Both the position numbers and the translations under genes were made by a program. DNA of 64,000 nucleotides. Origin: an uncultured Acidobacteriota bacterium. Lineage in GTDB: Bacteria; Acidobacteriota; UBA6911. This document shows positions 1-8,815 of the stretch, piece by piece; positions within the stretch are counted from its first letter, which is position 1; every line of letters begins with the position of its first letter. Under the pieces are notes generated by a model that did not search any database, was not told the origin of the DNA, and saw only the letters and a program-made list of their open reading frames with translations. The stretch covers positions 158,962-222,961 of the forward strand of contig CAWJKZ010000021.1 in assembly GCA_963843575.1 (NCBI GenBank), written 5' to 3'.

Positions 1-2
1 AA

Positions 3-2561
3 GCGACGCCGGTTCTCACGAAAGTGGGCATGATCCACGAGCTGAAAACCGCGGAGGCCGAACGACGCTGTCGCGTGCGCGTGCGGGCGGTGGTGACCTA
101 CACGGATGCGCCAAGCGACATGCTGTTTGTGCAGGACGAAACCGGGGGCGTTTACGTCGACATCACGCCGCCGCACCGCTACCAGCTCAAGTCGGGCCAG
201 GAGGTGGAAGTCGAAGGGGTGACGGCGCCCGGCTACTTCGCCCCGATGGTTGTCGAACCGCAGATCAGGGTGGTCGGCGACGGACGGCTTCCCCTCCCGG
301 AGCGGGCGCCTATCCAGGCGCTCTTTGCGGGCGGTGAGGACTGCCAGTGGGTCGAGACGCGCGGCGTTGTGCGGTCGGCGTTGGTTTCGGACGGCGTGTT
401 GCGGATGTCGCTCGCCGAGGGCAACGCCAGGATCGCCATCAACGTGTCGGGTTGCGCGACCGGTCTCTCCCTCGTCGACAGCGTGATCACCGTGCGGGGT
501 GTCAGCGGCGGCGTGTTCAACGACAAGGGGCAGTTGACCGGGGCCGAACTCTATGTGCCGGGACCAGAGCACATCCAGGTCGATGAGCCCGGTCCAGCGG
601 ATCCGTTCTCCATCGAAATCCGCCCGGTACAGCGCATCCTGCAGTTTGTTCCCATCCGCGGGTACGGGCATCGTGTGCGGATCCGCGGCACCGTCACGTT
701 TTGCAGAGCCGGCCTCTGCCTTTTCCTGCGCGACGACTCCGCCAGCATCTATATCACCATCGGGCCAGGGGATCCTCTGAAGGAGGGCGACGTGGTCGAG
801 GCGGTCGGGTTCCCGGAAGTCGGGGACTACACGCCCATCCTCAGGGACGTCGTGTATCGCCGCGTCGGCTCCAGCGTGGTGCCCGCCCCCAGGAAGGTGG
901 TTCCCGCCCTCGCGCTCAAGGGAGCCTATGACACGGAGCTCGTGGAGATCGAAGGCAGGCTGCTCGGCTCAGCGTTTATTATGGGGGAGCAGGTCCTGGC
1001 ATTGCAGTCGGGATACCTGACCTTCAACGCCCACCTCAACCAAGACGAGGGTGCCCGGACCATTTCTCTCGCCCCCGGAAGCCTGCTCCGACTCACCGGC
1101 ATCTGCTCGGTGCAAGCGGACGAATTGCGGCGCCCCAAGTCGTTTCGTGTCCTGCTGCGCGGCCCGTCCGACATCCTCGTCCTCGAAAGCCCGTCCTGGT
1201 GGACGCTGGGCCGCATCCTGACCGTCATCGGGGTCCTTGTCGCCGCGGTCATCGCCGTGCTCGCGTGGGTTTTTGTGCTGGACCGCCGCATCAAGGCGCA
1301 AACGGCGGACATTCGACAGAGACTCGAGCGCGAGGCGGCCCTGGAGCACGAGCTGCAGCGCGCGCAGAAACTGGAGGCTATCGGCCGGCTGGCTGGCGGA
1401 ATAGCTCACGATTTCAACAACCTGCTGACGGCCATCCTCGGCTACGCCGAGCTTATCGCGCTGCAGCTTCCGAAACACCATCCGATGCTCGACGATTTGC
1501 GCGAGATCAAGAAGGCCGGCGAGCGGGCCACCTCGCTGACCCGGCAGCTGCTCGCCTTCAGCCGCCGCCAGGTGCTGCAGACAAGGGTTCTCGACCTGAA
1601 TGCCGTGATACAGGAAATAAGCAAGATGCTCGACCGCCTCATAGGCGAAAACATCGAGCTCGTCAGCGTGCTCGACCGGCACCTCGGCCGAGTGAAGGCC
1701 GACCCTTCCCAGATCGAGCAGGTGCTGATGAACCTTGCGGTAAATGCCCGCGACGCCATGCCGGACGGGGGAAAGCTGACGATCGAAACCTGCAACGCGG
1801 ACCTTGGCGAACTCGACGTTCAGGGCAAAGTCGAACTGCAGCCCGGCGCCTACGTTCGTCTTACCGTGTCGGACACCGGGTGCGGCATAGACGAGGCGAC
1901 GCAAAAGAAGATATTCGAGCCGTTCTTCACCACCAAGGGGACCGGGCAAGGCACCGGGCTCGGGCTCGCGACGGTATACGGCATCGTTAAACAGAGCGGT
2001 GGCGACATCGTGGTGGAGAGCGATGTCGGGCGCGGCACCATTTTTGCCATCTATCTGCCCCAGGTAGCCGCCGCGGCGGAACAGGAACCTGTGCACGACG
2101 CTCCGGCAGCCGCTCGGGGCAGGGAGACCATCCTGGTCGTTGAGGACGAAGACGCCCTGCGGGACCTGGTCCGCGTCGTGCTCAACCGGCACGGCTATGC
2201 TGTCTTCGAAGCGCGCAACGGGGAAGAAGCGGTCGCCCTCGCGTCGCGCAGCAGCAGTCGCATAGACCTGCTGGTTTCCGATGTCGTCATGCCGAAAATG
2301 GGCGGCTTCGAGCTGGCGCAGCGCCTGTCGCCCCTCAGGCCCGAGATGAAGGTGCTGTTCGTCTCCGGGTATACCGACGACGATGTCGCGAGCCTGTGCT
2401 CCTTCAAAGAAGGTATGCCGTTCCTGCAGAAGCCCTTTACCCCCGACGCCCTGGCACTCAAGGTGCGCGAGGTACTGGACGGCAGCGCACAAGATCGGGA
2501 TCCGGCCCCGGCCCACCATGCCGGCGCCGGGACCAGGACGAGCATCGTCCCAGCCTCCTGA
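3..2561 (+). CDS. Hybrid sensor histidine kinase/response regulator with repeated OB-fold-like extracytoplasmic domains (5'-partial, frame open from window start)
   Basis: H-box AGGIAHDFNNLLT, HATPase N/G boxes (NLAVNARDAM, DTGCG, FFTTK, GTGLGL), C-terminal receiver (ILVVEDE...DVVMP...FLQKP), one TM segment WWTLGRILTVIGVLVAAVIAVLAWVFVL. Confidence 0.9.
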   Translation, partial: ATPVLTKVGMIHELKTAEAERRCRVRVRAVVTYTDAPSDMLFVQDETGGVYVDITPPHRYQLKSGQEVEVEGVTAPGYFAPMVVEPQIRVVGDGRLPLPERAPIQALFAGGEDCQWVETRGVVRSALVSDGVLRMSLAEGNARIAINVSGCATGLSLVDSVITVRGVSGGVFNDKGQLTGAELYVPGPEHIQVDEPGPADPFSIEIRPVQRILQFVPIRGYGHRVRIRGTVTFCRAGLCLFLRDDSASIYITIGPGDPLKEGDVVEAVGFPEVGDYTPILRDVVYRRVGSSVVPAPRKVVPALALKGAYDTELVEIEGRLLGSAFIMGEQVLALQSGYLTFNAHLNQDEGARTISLAPGSLLRLTGICSVQADELRRPKSFRVLLRGPSDILVLESPSWWTLGRILTVIGVLVAAVIAVLAWVFVLDRRIKAQTADIRQRLEREAALEHELQRAQKLEAIGRLAGGIAHDFNNLLTAILGYAELIALQLPKHHPMLDDLREIKKAGERATSLTRQLLAFSRRQVLQTRVLDLNAVIQEISKMLDRLIGENIELVSVLDRHLGRVKADPSQIEQVLMNLAVNARDAMPDGGKLTIETCNADLGELDVQGKVELQPGAYVRLTVSDTGCGIDEATQKKIFEPFFTTKGTGQGTGLGLATVYGIVKQSGGDIVVESDVGRGTIFAIYLPQVAAAAEQEPVHDAPAAARGRETILVVEDEDALRDLVRVVLNRHGYAVFEARNGEEAVALASRSSSRIDLLVSDVVMPKMGGFELAQRLSPLRPEMKVLFVSGYTDDDVASLCSFKEGMPFLQKPFTPDALALKVREVLDGSAQDRDPAPAHHAGAGTRTSIVPAS

Positions 2562-2863
2562 CCGCTGTCGCAGGCTATCCCGGAGGCGCTCACCCCTGCC
2601 TCCTGAGCGCGCGCCAAAGTAACCTCCCCCTCCCCGGGCTGATCTCGCAGAATCGCGCTCGGCCGCCTTCTCCCTGGAGTGCCACGCGGAATCCGTGCAT
2701 CATGTATGCACTTCCGGTGCGAGTTCCGCCATGCGACAGAAATCATCCGAATCAGCTCCTGGGCTTGACGGGACCTCCCCCATAACTCACATCTCACAGG
2801 CAGGCTCGACGGTGAAGGTGCTCCGGACACACGGCACCGCAACCCTGCCGGGAGCGGCGCAAC

Positions 2864-3457
2864 ATGCATCCCATGTGGCACGCGATGTTCACCCTGACGA
2901 TGCCCCTGCTGGAAAAGGTACTCCGGCCGTTGATCGTCTATGCCTTCCTCGTTGCCGGCCTCAGGCTCGCGGGAAAGCGTGAGCTGGCCCAGTTGAATCC
3001 GTTCGACCTCGTCGTCCTGCTCACGCTCTCCAACACGGTGCAGAATGCGATCATCGGGGACGACAGTTCTGTGACGGGCGGCCTGATCGGCGCCGCGACG
3101 CTGCTGACGGCCAACTATCTCGTGGCCCGTTTCCTGTTCAGCCACGACAAGCTCGACCGGATGGTCGAGGGTGAGCCCGACGCCCTCATCGAAAACGGCG
3201 TCGTCCGCGAGGATCGACTGAAACAGGAGCTTCTGACCCGCAAGGAACTCGAGATCGCGGCGCACCGGCAGGGTTTTGCCGGCCTGCAGGAGATCGAGCG
3301 CGCCACGATCGAGCCGGGAGGCACGATCTATTTCGTCGGCAAGAGGCCGAGCCCCAACGAGGCCCAGCAGAGGGAACTGCTCGAGCGTCTCGACGCCATC
3401 GCCCGTCGCCTGGACGAAATGAGGGCCCGGCTGCCCGGGAGGGGCGACGGCGCCTGA
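2864..3457 (+). CDS. DUF421/YetF-family membrane protein
   Basis: LRLAGKRELAQLNPFDLVVLLTLSN and IERATIEPGGTI match the YetF pattern. Confidence 0.85.
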   Translation: MHPMWHAMFTLTMPLLEKVLRPLIVYAFLVAGLRLAGKRELAQLNPFDLVVLLTLSNTVQNAIIGDDSSVTGGLIGAATLLTANYLVARFLFSHDKLDRMVEGEPDALIENGVVREDRLKQELLTRKELEIAAHRQGFAGLQEIERATIEPGGTIYFVGKRPSPNEAQQRELLERLDAIARRLDEMRARLPGRGDGA

Positions 3458-3467
3458 GGGAGGTGAG

Positions 3468-3496
3468 TTGCCCATATCCATAAATGCATGTATAAT
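3468..3496 (+). promoter_or_regulatory. Sigma70-type promoter of the RES-Xre operon
   Basis: TTGCCC 3468-3473, 17-nt spacer, TATAAT 3491-3496; GGAGG 3508-3512 precedes ATG 3520. Confidence 0.75.
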
Positions 3497-3519
3497 GCTC
3501 CATTAGTGGAGGCATGCGT

Positions 3520-3954
3520 ATGGCAACCGTTCAGCGTTTCATGTCCGGTTTTTCGGTGGATGCGCCTCTGGACCTGTCCCGCAGGGACGTGCAGAAGCGG
3601 CTCAGCGGGTCGGCGTTGGCGGCCTTTTTCAAGCTAACACAGGCTTGGGGAGTACGGGACGGTGATTCCCGTCGGCTGCTCGGCGGGGTTTCCAACGGCG
3701 TGTTCTACCAGATGAAACGCGGAAACAGCAAAACGCTCGACCAGGACAGGCTTACGAGGATCTCGCTGCTCTTGGGGATCTTCAAGGCGCTGCGCATCCT
3801 CTACAGTCCCGGGCTGGCCGACGCCTGGGTCACCCGGCCGAACGCGAACTCCATGTTCGCGGGGGAGCCGCCGCTCGGTTACATGCTCCGCAGCGGCGTG
3901 CCCGGTCTCATGCGTGTCCGCCAGCTGCTGGACGCGCGACGGGGCGGCCGGTGA
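3520..3954 (+). CDS. Antitoxin, Xre/MbcA/ParS type (N-terminal HTH plus DUF2384-like C-terminus)
   Basis: DRLTRISLLLGIFKAL...ADAWVTRPNANSMFAGEPPLGYM...RQLLDARRG; GTGA overlap with downstream RES gene; start set at ATG 3520 on RBS spacing. Confidence 0.85.
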   Translation: MATVQRFMSGFSVDAPLDLSRRDVQKRLSGSALAAFFKLTQAWGVRDGDSRRLLGGVSNGVFYQMKRGNSKTLDQDRLTRISLLLGIFKALRILYSPGLADAWVTRPNANSMFAGEPPLGYMLRSGVPGLMRVRQLLDARRGGR

Positions 3955-4829
3955 TCCCGGCCGTTGCGACTGTCCGCCGGGACGACACGCACCGGCTCAT
4001 CCCCGCGCGCTACGGCGACGCGAGCGTGCTGGCGCCTCTGGCTGACAGCGAGGGCGAGCTTGGGCAACTGTTCGAGCTGGAGGGGGCGACCAACGAGCGT
4101 CTGCACGCGGAGGCGAACCTCCTCCCGGGGATCGGCGTCCACGAGCTGCTGTTCGGCGTCCCTTACGCCAGGATCGTCAACGCGGCGTTCGTGCACGCGC
4201 AGCCGGCAGGAAGCCGCTTCAACGGACCGGACCGGGGCGCGTGGTACGCGGCTTTTGAGCTGGAGACGTCGGCGGCGGAGGTCGCGTTTCACAAAGGGCA
4301 GGAACTCCGGGAGATCGGGTGGCGCGAGCCGGAGACGTTCTCCTTCACGGACTTCACCGCCGATTTCCGGACCGAACTGCACGACCTGCGCGGCGACGCG
4401 GCATGGGCCGGGTACCTCGACCCGGACAGCTACGTCGAGTCGCAGCGACTGGCCAGGGAACTGCTGGCGTCGGGATCGGCTGGAATTGTCTATCCCTGCG
4501 TGCGCCGCGACGGGGGCACCTGCCTCGCCTGTTTCCGGCCCGCGCTCGTGACGAACGTCCGGCAGGGCCGCAACGTGACCGTCGCCTTCCGCGACGCGTT
4601 CTCTCCCCCGAGATACGACTGCGGGCGCGGCGCAAGTGGGGCCCGGATTCAGCCGGGCCCCATGCATGAGCGTCGGGTCGCTCTAGCCCCACGGCGCGCC
4701 GCGGGCGGACCGAAAGGGCGCCCGCACTTGAGGCTGCCGGTCAGAGCGCCGGTTTCCCGTCGACGACCATGTCCGCGAGTCGGAACCGCGCCCGGATACC
4801 CCTTTGGCCAACGACCGTGTGGAGCGTGA
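3951..4829 (+). CDS. RES-domain toxin (MbcT/ParT-like NAD+-depleting family); true stop may be near 4669 if one indel is present
   Basis: R (THRLIP), GSRFNGPDRGAWYAAFELETSAAE, Y..SQRLA, GIVYPCVR (usual Ser is Cys here); the tail after about 4610 is non-family-like and overlaps the opposite gene. Confidence 0.8.
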   Translation: MIPAVATVRRDDTHRLIPARYGDASVLAPLADSEGELGQLFELEGATNERLHAEANLLPGIGVHELLFGVPYARIVNAAFVHAQPAGSRFNGPDRGAWYAAFELETSAAEVAFHKGQELREIGWREPETFSFTDFTADFRTELHDLRGDAAWAGYLDPDSYVESQRLARELLASGSAGIVYPCVRRDGGTCLACFRPALVTNVRQGRNVTVAFRDAFSPPRYDCGRGASGARIQPGPMHERRVALAPRRAAGGPKGRPHLRLPVRAPVSRRRPCPRVGTAPGYPFGQRPCGA

Positions 4830-5502
4830 CCTCCTTGTCCTCCAGGGTCAGGCTGGGCTTGCCGTTGCACTCCTTCGGGAACAGCAGGACGAGCGGCTGC
4901 CCCGGTCCCGAGGGGAGGACGAGGTCGGCCAAGGCGATTCTCGCCTTGTCTTTCTTTTCGAGGAAGGTCTCCTTCCTGAGTTTCTGCGTCACCTCCTCCC
5001 TGTCGCCGCGCGCGCCGCCGGTCCCCCCGATCACGAGAATGTTGAAATAGGGGGCTTCGGGGTAGTTCAGCAGCTTCTCCAGTGCCTCCCTCGGCGGTTC
5101 GGTATACCGGAGGGCCAAGCTGCGGGCCATGGCCTGGCGTATGGGAAGCGAATACCAGGTGACGAGCACCTGCAACGTCCCCGGCCCGGAGGAGCCGTCG
5201 GGTGTTCCGCGGCGTCCGCGGCTCCCGCCGCCGCCTCCCCCGATGTCTTCGATCCCGCCGCCGCTTGGCATGGCCCCACCACCCCTCGCCCCCCCGCCGG
5301 ACCCGCGCGGCTCGCCGCCCAACATCCCGAAATCGAGGGTGATGGACCGGGACCAGGGAGAATTTTTGAGGAGCCGCCCGACCTCTTTTTCACTCCACTC
5401 GGCGTACGGCTTTGTCGTCCAGAAGTCCTTCTCGCCGGCGTGCACGACCAGGAAACACAGTGCGGGCGCCAATATGCTCAAACCAACACGGAGACGTCCC
5501 AT
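4741..5502 (-). CDS. Conserved exported hypothetical protein with Gly-rich linker
   Basis: Signal-peptide-like MGRLRVGLSILAPALCFLVVHA, then FWTTKPYAEWSEKEVGRLLKNSPWS, a motif I recall from Acidobacterial hypotheticals. Confidence 0.65.
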   Translation of the reverse strand: MGRLRVGLSILAPALCFLVVHAGEKDFWTTKPYAEWSEKEVGRLLKNSPWSRSITLDFGMLGGEPRGSGGGARGGGAMPSGGGIEDIGGGGGGSRGRRGTPDGSSGPGTLQVLVTWYSLPIRQAMARSLALRYTEPPREALEKLLNYPEAPYFNILVIGGTGGARGDREEVTQKLRKETFLEKKDKARIALADLVLPSGPGQPLVLLFPKECNGKPSLTLEDKEVTLHTVVGQRGIRARFRLADMVVDGKPAL

Positions 5503-5857
5503 TGCAGCCTCAATTTCTGATGACCCCGACAGTTGTTTGGAGAGCCCGATTGTCGCACCGGATCCCTGCCGGCTCAAAGGGGATTCCAGGGCACGATTAG
5601 CAATCTGCAATAAACATGGGGCAGGCGGCATCCCGGGGCTGGCGCCCCGGGCCGTACGGTTTTTGTTGCGGCGAACTGCCCCGGGGCGCTAGAATTGGAC
5701 TATTCTGGCTCTCGGAAATACGGCTTTGATCCAGCGGGCAAACTGCAGGCGCATACGGCGGCCAGATCCAAGTGGTTTGTCTCCTGCCGCTGGTGGTGGT
5801 TTTTCAAACTTCCCAGTCCGTCCGCTCCTGCGGAGCGGCAACACGAAAGGAAAAGCC

Positions 5858-7987
5858 ATGAAGCGATCCGTTCTCACCCTCACGATGTGCGTACTCACAC
5901 TTCTTTTGATGTCGGCCTGGCTGGCCGCGGAGGACACGGCGGCGAAGAACAAAGGCGATGTGAACTTGAACCGGCTAATCACCTTCAACGGAACGCTGAA
6001 GGACTCGGGTGGGATTCCGCGCTTCGGGATTTCCGGTGTCACGTTCAGCCTTTACGCCTCCCAGGAAGGTGGGGACCCGCTGTGGCGTGAGAGCCAGGTG
6101 GTGCAGAGCGACGAGCAGGGGCGCTACACGGTGCTGCTGGGGGCGACGGAGAAGGTGGGGATGCCCTTGGAGGTGTTCGGGACGGGCAAGGCGCAGTGGC
6201 TGGGGATACAGCCGGAGGGGCAGGAAGAGCAGGCGCGGGTGCTGCTGATGGCGGTGCCGTACGCGCTGAAGGCCGCGGATGCGGACACGGTCGGGGGGAA
6301 ACCGCTGTCGTCGTTTGTGCTTTACGAGGACCTGGCGAAGGCGGAGGAGAAGTCGCGCACGGCGTCGGTAATCATCGGGACGGGGACGGCAGCGGGGCAG
6401 GCGCGCCAGGCGGCGGCCGGGTCTTCGGCCACGGACGCGGCGGTCCAGGCCGTGACGGGGTCTACCGGGCGGGTGCTGTCCAGCGAAGTGGGCACCAACA
6501 GCTGGTTCGGTGAAGGCCGGCGAGGCATCACCGGCGGCGCGGTCGAGCAATTCGATGTTCGGGTACAACGCCGGGAACAGACCTCACGGACGGGGATTAC
6601 AACACTCTCTGGGTGGATTTGCCGGCTTCAAGACCACGACCGGCACTACAACACCATTGTTGGCCTGTCTTCGGGCCACGAAAACACGACCGGCAGCAAC
6701 AATACCTTCGTTGGGTTTTGGAGCGGCGGGGCGAACACGGCGGGATCGGACAATACCTTCGTCGGGATAAATTCGGGACTTGGCAACACCGCGAGCGGGA
6801 ATTCGTTCTTTGGGTCGAATGCAGGCCACAATAACACCACCGGAGCGAACAACGCCTTCTTTGGTTACCAGGCGGGCAACTCGAACCTCGTAGGCGGCTC
6901 AAACGCCTTCTTCGGCTATCAGGCTGGCTTCACCAATACCTCGTCGGGCAACAGTTTCTTCGGGGGAGGCTCCGGTTATTCCAATAACAGCGGTTCCAAC
7001 AATGTATTTGTCGGGACCGGAGCGGGGTTTGCCAACACCACGGGAAGCCAAAACTCGGGATTAGGAAGACAGGCGGGTGAGAAGAATACGTCGGGCGTGT
7101 ACAACACGTTTCTGGGCTACCTGTCCGGCAGGCTCAACACGACCGGGGATCACAACCTGTTCGCGGGTTACTATACGGGCGGCTCGAACACGATCGAAAA
7201 CAACAACAGCTTCATCGGCAACTACTCCAACGGCGTGGCGGGGATCACCAACGCGACGGCGGTGGGGTACCGGGCGAGCGTGGGGGCGAGCAACAGCCTG
7301 GTGCTGGGGAGCATCAGCGGGGTCAACGGGGCGGCCGCGGACACGTACGTCGGGATCGGAACGACGACGCCGACCCGGCTGCTGGAGGTGAGGAAGGACC
7401 AGGCCGCGTCGACGTACTTCCAGGTCACGAACTTGAACGATTCGATCGACGTCAGCCGGTCGAGGTTTGCGCTGGTGGCCGGGACCGTAACCCAGGAGAT
7501 GCAGTCGATCGCGAAGGACGGGGGGTACTTCGGGACGACGAGCAACCACCCGTTCCGGATCTACACGAACAAGAACACGCGGATGACGGTGGACGCCAAC
7601 GGCTACGTCGGGATCAACACGATTGCGCCGACCGAGCGGCTGCACGTGGTGGGGAACCTGCGGGTGCAGGGGACCATCATCAACAGCGCGCCGGAGGGGG
7701 ATCTGCCGGACTACGTGTTCGAGAAGGACTACCGCCTGATGCCTCTCGGAGAGCTGCAGGAGTACCTGGCGCGGGAGAAGCACCTGCCGAACGTGCCGTC
7801 GGCGGCGGAGATGAAAGAGAAGGGTGTGAACCTGAGCGCGTTCCAGATGCGGCTGCTGGAAAAGATCGAGGAACTGACCCTGTACGCGGTGCAGCAGGGG
7901 AACACGATTCGTGAAAAGGAGGCCGACATCGCCGCGCTGGCCGCCCGCCTTGCCGCCCTGGAGCAGGCGGAGGCGCAACGGCGCTGA
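5858..7987 (+). CDS. Secreted chimeric fibre/adhesin: N-terminal module, Asn/Gly/Thr-rich repeats, C-terminal S74-like intramolecular chaperone and coiled coil
   Basis: Signal peptide MKRSVLTLTMCVLTLLL; MAVPYALKAADADT; about 11-13 repeats NT(T)G.xN.F.G..(A/S)G; PDYVFEKDYRLMPL...KHLPNVPSAAEM...LLEKIEELTLY; compensating frameshifts about 6510-6640. Confidence 0.75.
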   Translation: MKRSVLTLTMCVLTLLLMSAWLAAEDTAAKNKGDVNLNRLITFNGTLKDSGGIPRFGISGVTFSLYASQEGGDPLWRESQVVQSDEQGRYTVLLGATEKVGMPLEVFGTGKAQWLGIQPEGQEEQARVLLMAVPYALKAADADTVGGKPLSSFVLYEDLAKAEEKSRTASVIIGTGTAAGQARQAAAGSSATDAAVQAVTGSTGRVLSSEVGTNSWFGEGRRGITGGAVEQFDVRVQRREQTSRTGITTLSGWICRLQDHDRHYNTIVGLSSGHENTTGSNNTFVGFWSGGANTAGSDNTFVGINSGLGNTASGNSFFGSNAGHNNTTGANNAFFGYQAGNSNLVGGSNAFFGYQAGFTNTSSGNSFFGGGSGYSNNSGSNNVFVGTGAGFANTTGSQNSGLGRQAGEKNTSGVYNTFLGYLSGRLNTTGDHNLFAGYYTGGSNTIENNNSFIGNYSNGVAGITNATAVGYRASVGASNSLVLGSISGVNGAAADTYVGIGTTTPTRLLEVRKDQAASTYFQVTNLNDSIDVSRSRFALVAGTVTQEMQSIAKDGGYFGTTSNHPFRIYTNKNTRMTVDANGYVGINTIAPTERLHVVGNLRVQGTIINSAPEGDLPDYVFEKDYRLMPLGELQEYLAREKHLPNVPSAAEMKEKGVNLSAFQMRLLEKIEELTLYAVQQGNTIREKEADIAALAARLAALEQAEAQRR

Positions 7988-8006
7988 CACGATTTCATAA
8001 CTTTCG

Positions 8007-8047
8007 ATCCGCGCGGATCCGCGAAAATCCGCGTCCGAAAATACGTC
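8007..8047. repeat. ATCCGCG 10-bp-period intergenic repeat, copy 1 (right arm only)
   Basis: ATCCGCG at 8007, 8017, 8027 followed by TCCGAAAATACGTC. Confidence 0.75.
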
Positions 8048-8074
8048 GTCGTACTTGTGTCAGGGTGCTCCGGA

Positions 8075-8107
8075 TCCCGGAGGTGAGCTGCCGGCTCACC
8101 TCCGGGA
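8075..8107. repeat. Perfect 14-bp hairpin (REP-like or terminator)
   Basis: TCCCGGAGGTGAGC-tgccg-GCTCACCTCCGGGA; no U-tract. Confidence 0.6.
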
Positions 8108-8195
8108 CTTCGGCCCATCCCGAGAATCGACCCGCTCGCTTGCCTGTTCTCGAACGTGCGGGGTGGCTTAGGCCGCGCGTGGGGTATAATCCCAG

Positions 8196-8659
8196 ATGAG
8201 AAACCTCTCTGTCGCACCGGTGCTGATCCGGGAGTACCGGCCGCAGGACCTGTCCACGCTGCACCGGATCGACCGGATCTGTTTCGCCCCGGAGATCGCC
8301 TTTTCCCGGCCCGAGCTCCTCTTTTACGTCAGGCATCCACACTCGATTTCAAGGGTGGCGGAGCGGGACGGCCGGATCGTCGGGTTCGCGGTCGGCCGGG
8401 TGGAGCACGGGACGCCGGTCACGTCCTTACCCTGGATGTCGTCCCGGACGAGCGCAGGGCCGGCACCGGCACCGTCCTGATGGATGCACTGCACAGGGAA
8501 TTCCGTACCCGTCGCGTTGTAGTCGCGGTGCTGGAGGTCAACGCCGAGGACGAGGGCGCCCGGCGTTTCTACGAGAAGCTCGAGTACGAGTACGTGGAGC
8601 GGGTGCGCGGTTACTACTGCGGCCGGATGGATGCGTACCGTATGATCTGTTTCCTTTAA
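8196..8659 (+). CDS. GNAT N-acetyltransferase, RimI-like (one frameshift near 8420)
   Basis: IREYRPQDL...CF; HVLTLDVVPDERRAGTGTVLM; LEVNAEDEGARRFYEKL across ORFs 8196..8480 and 8156..8659. Confidence 0.8.
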
Positions 8660-8690
8660 CCATCCCGAGTCCCGAAGCGCAACGGCAGAA

Positions 8691-8790
8691 CGCGGATCTT
8701 CGCGGATTTTACGGATTCACGCGGATCGGCCGCGCCCTGCCACCAGGTAGCAATCCGCGTGCATCCGCGTTGATCCGCGTCCTGGAAACG
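8691..8790. repeat. ATCCGCG-family element, copy 2 (both arms, inverted)
   Basis: CGCGGAT-like units at 8691, 8701, about 8710 and 8720, facing ATCCGCG at 8753, 8763, 8773; lies between convergent genes. Confidence 0.8.
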
Positions 8791-8815
8791 TCGGCGTATT
8801 TCTGAATACGAGTAC

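Noticed and set aside
2765-2790. Sigma70 promoter TTGACG...CATAAC upstream of the DUF421 gene
   Set aside because: Spacer is only about 10-11 nt.
5725-5790. Possible c-di-GMP-I riboswitch upstream of the fibre gene (GGGCAAAC...GCGCATA)
   Set aside because: No room for the P2 GNRA hairpin between the two motifs, and no matching P3.
5858-7987. Prophage tail gene
   Set aside because: It has a Sec signal peptide and there are no integrase, terminase, capsid or other phage genes in the window.
8007-8790. CRISPR-like array from the periodic ATCCGCG repeats
   Set aside because: Period is 10 bp with 3-nt variable gaps; no 25-45 bp unique spacers and no cas genes.
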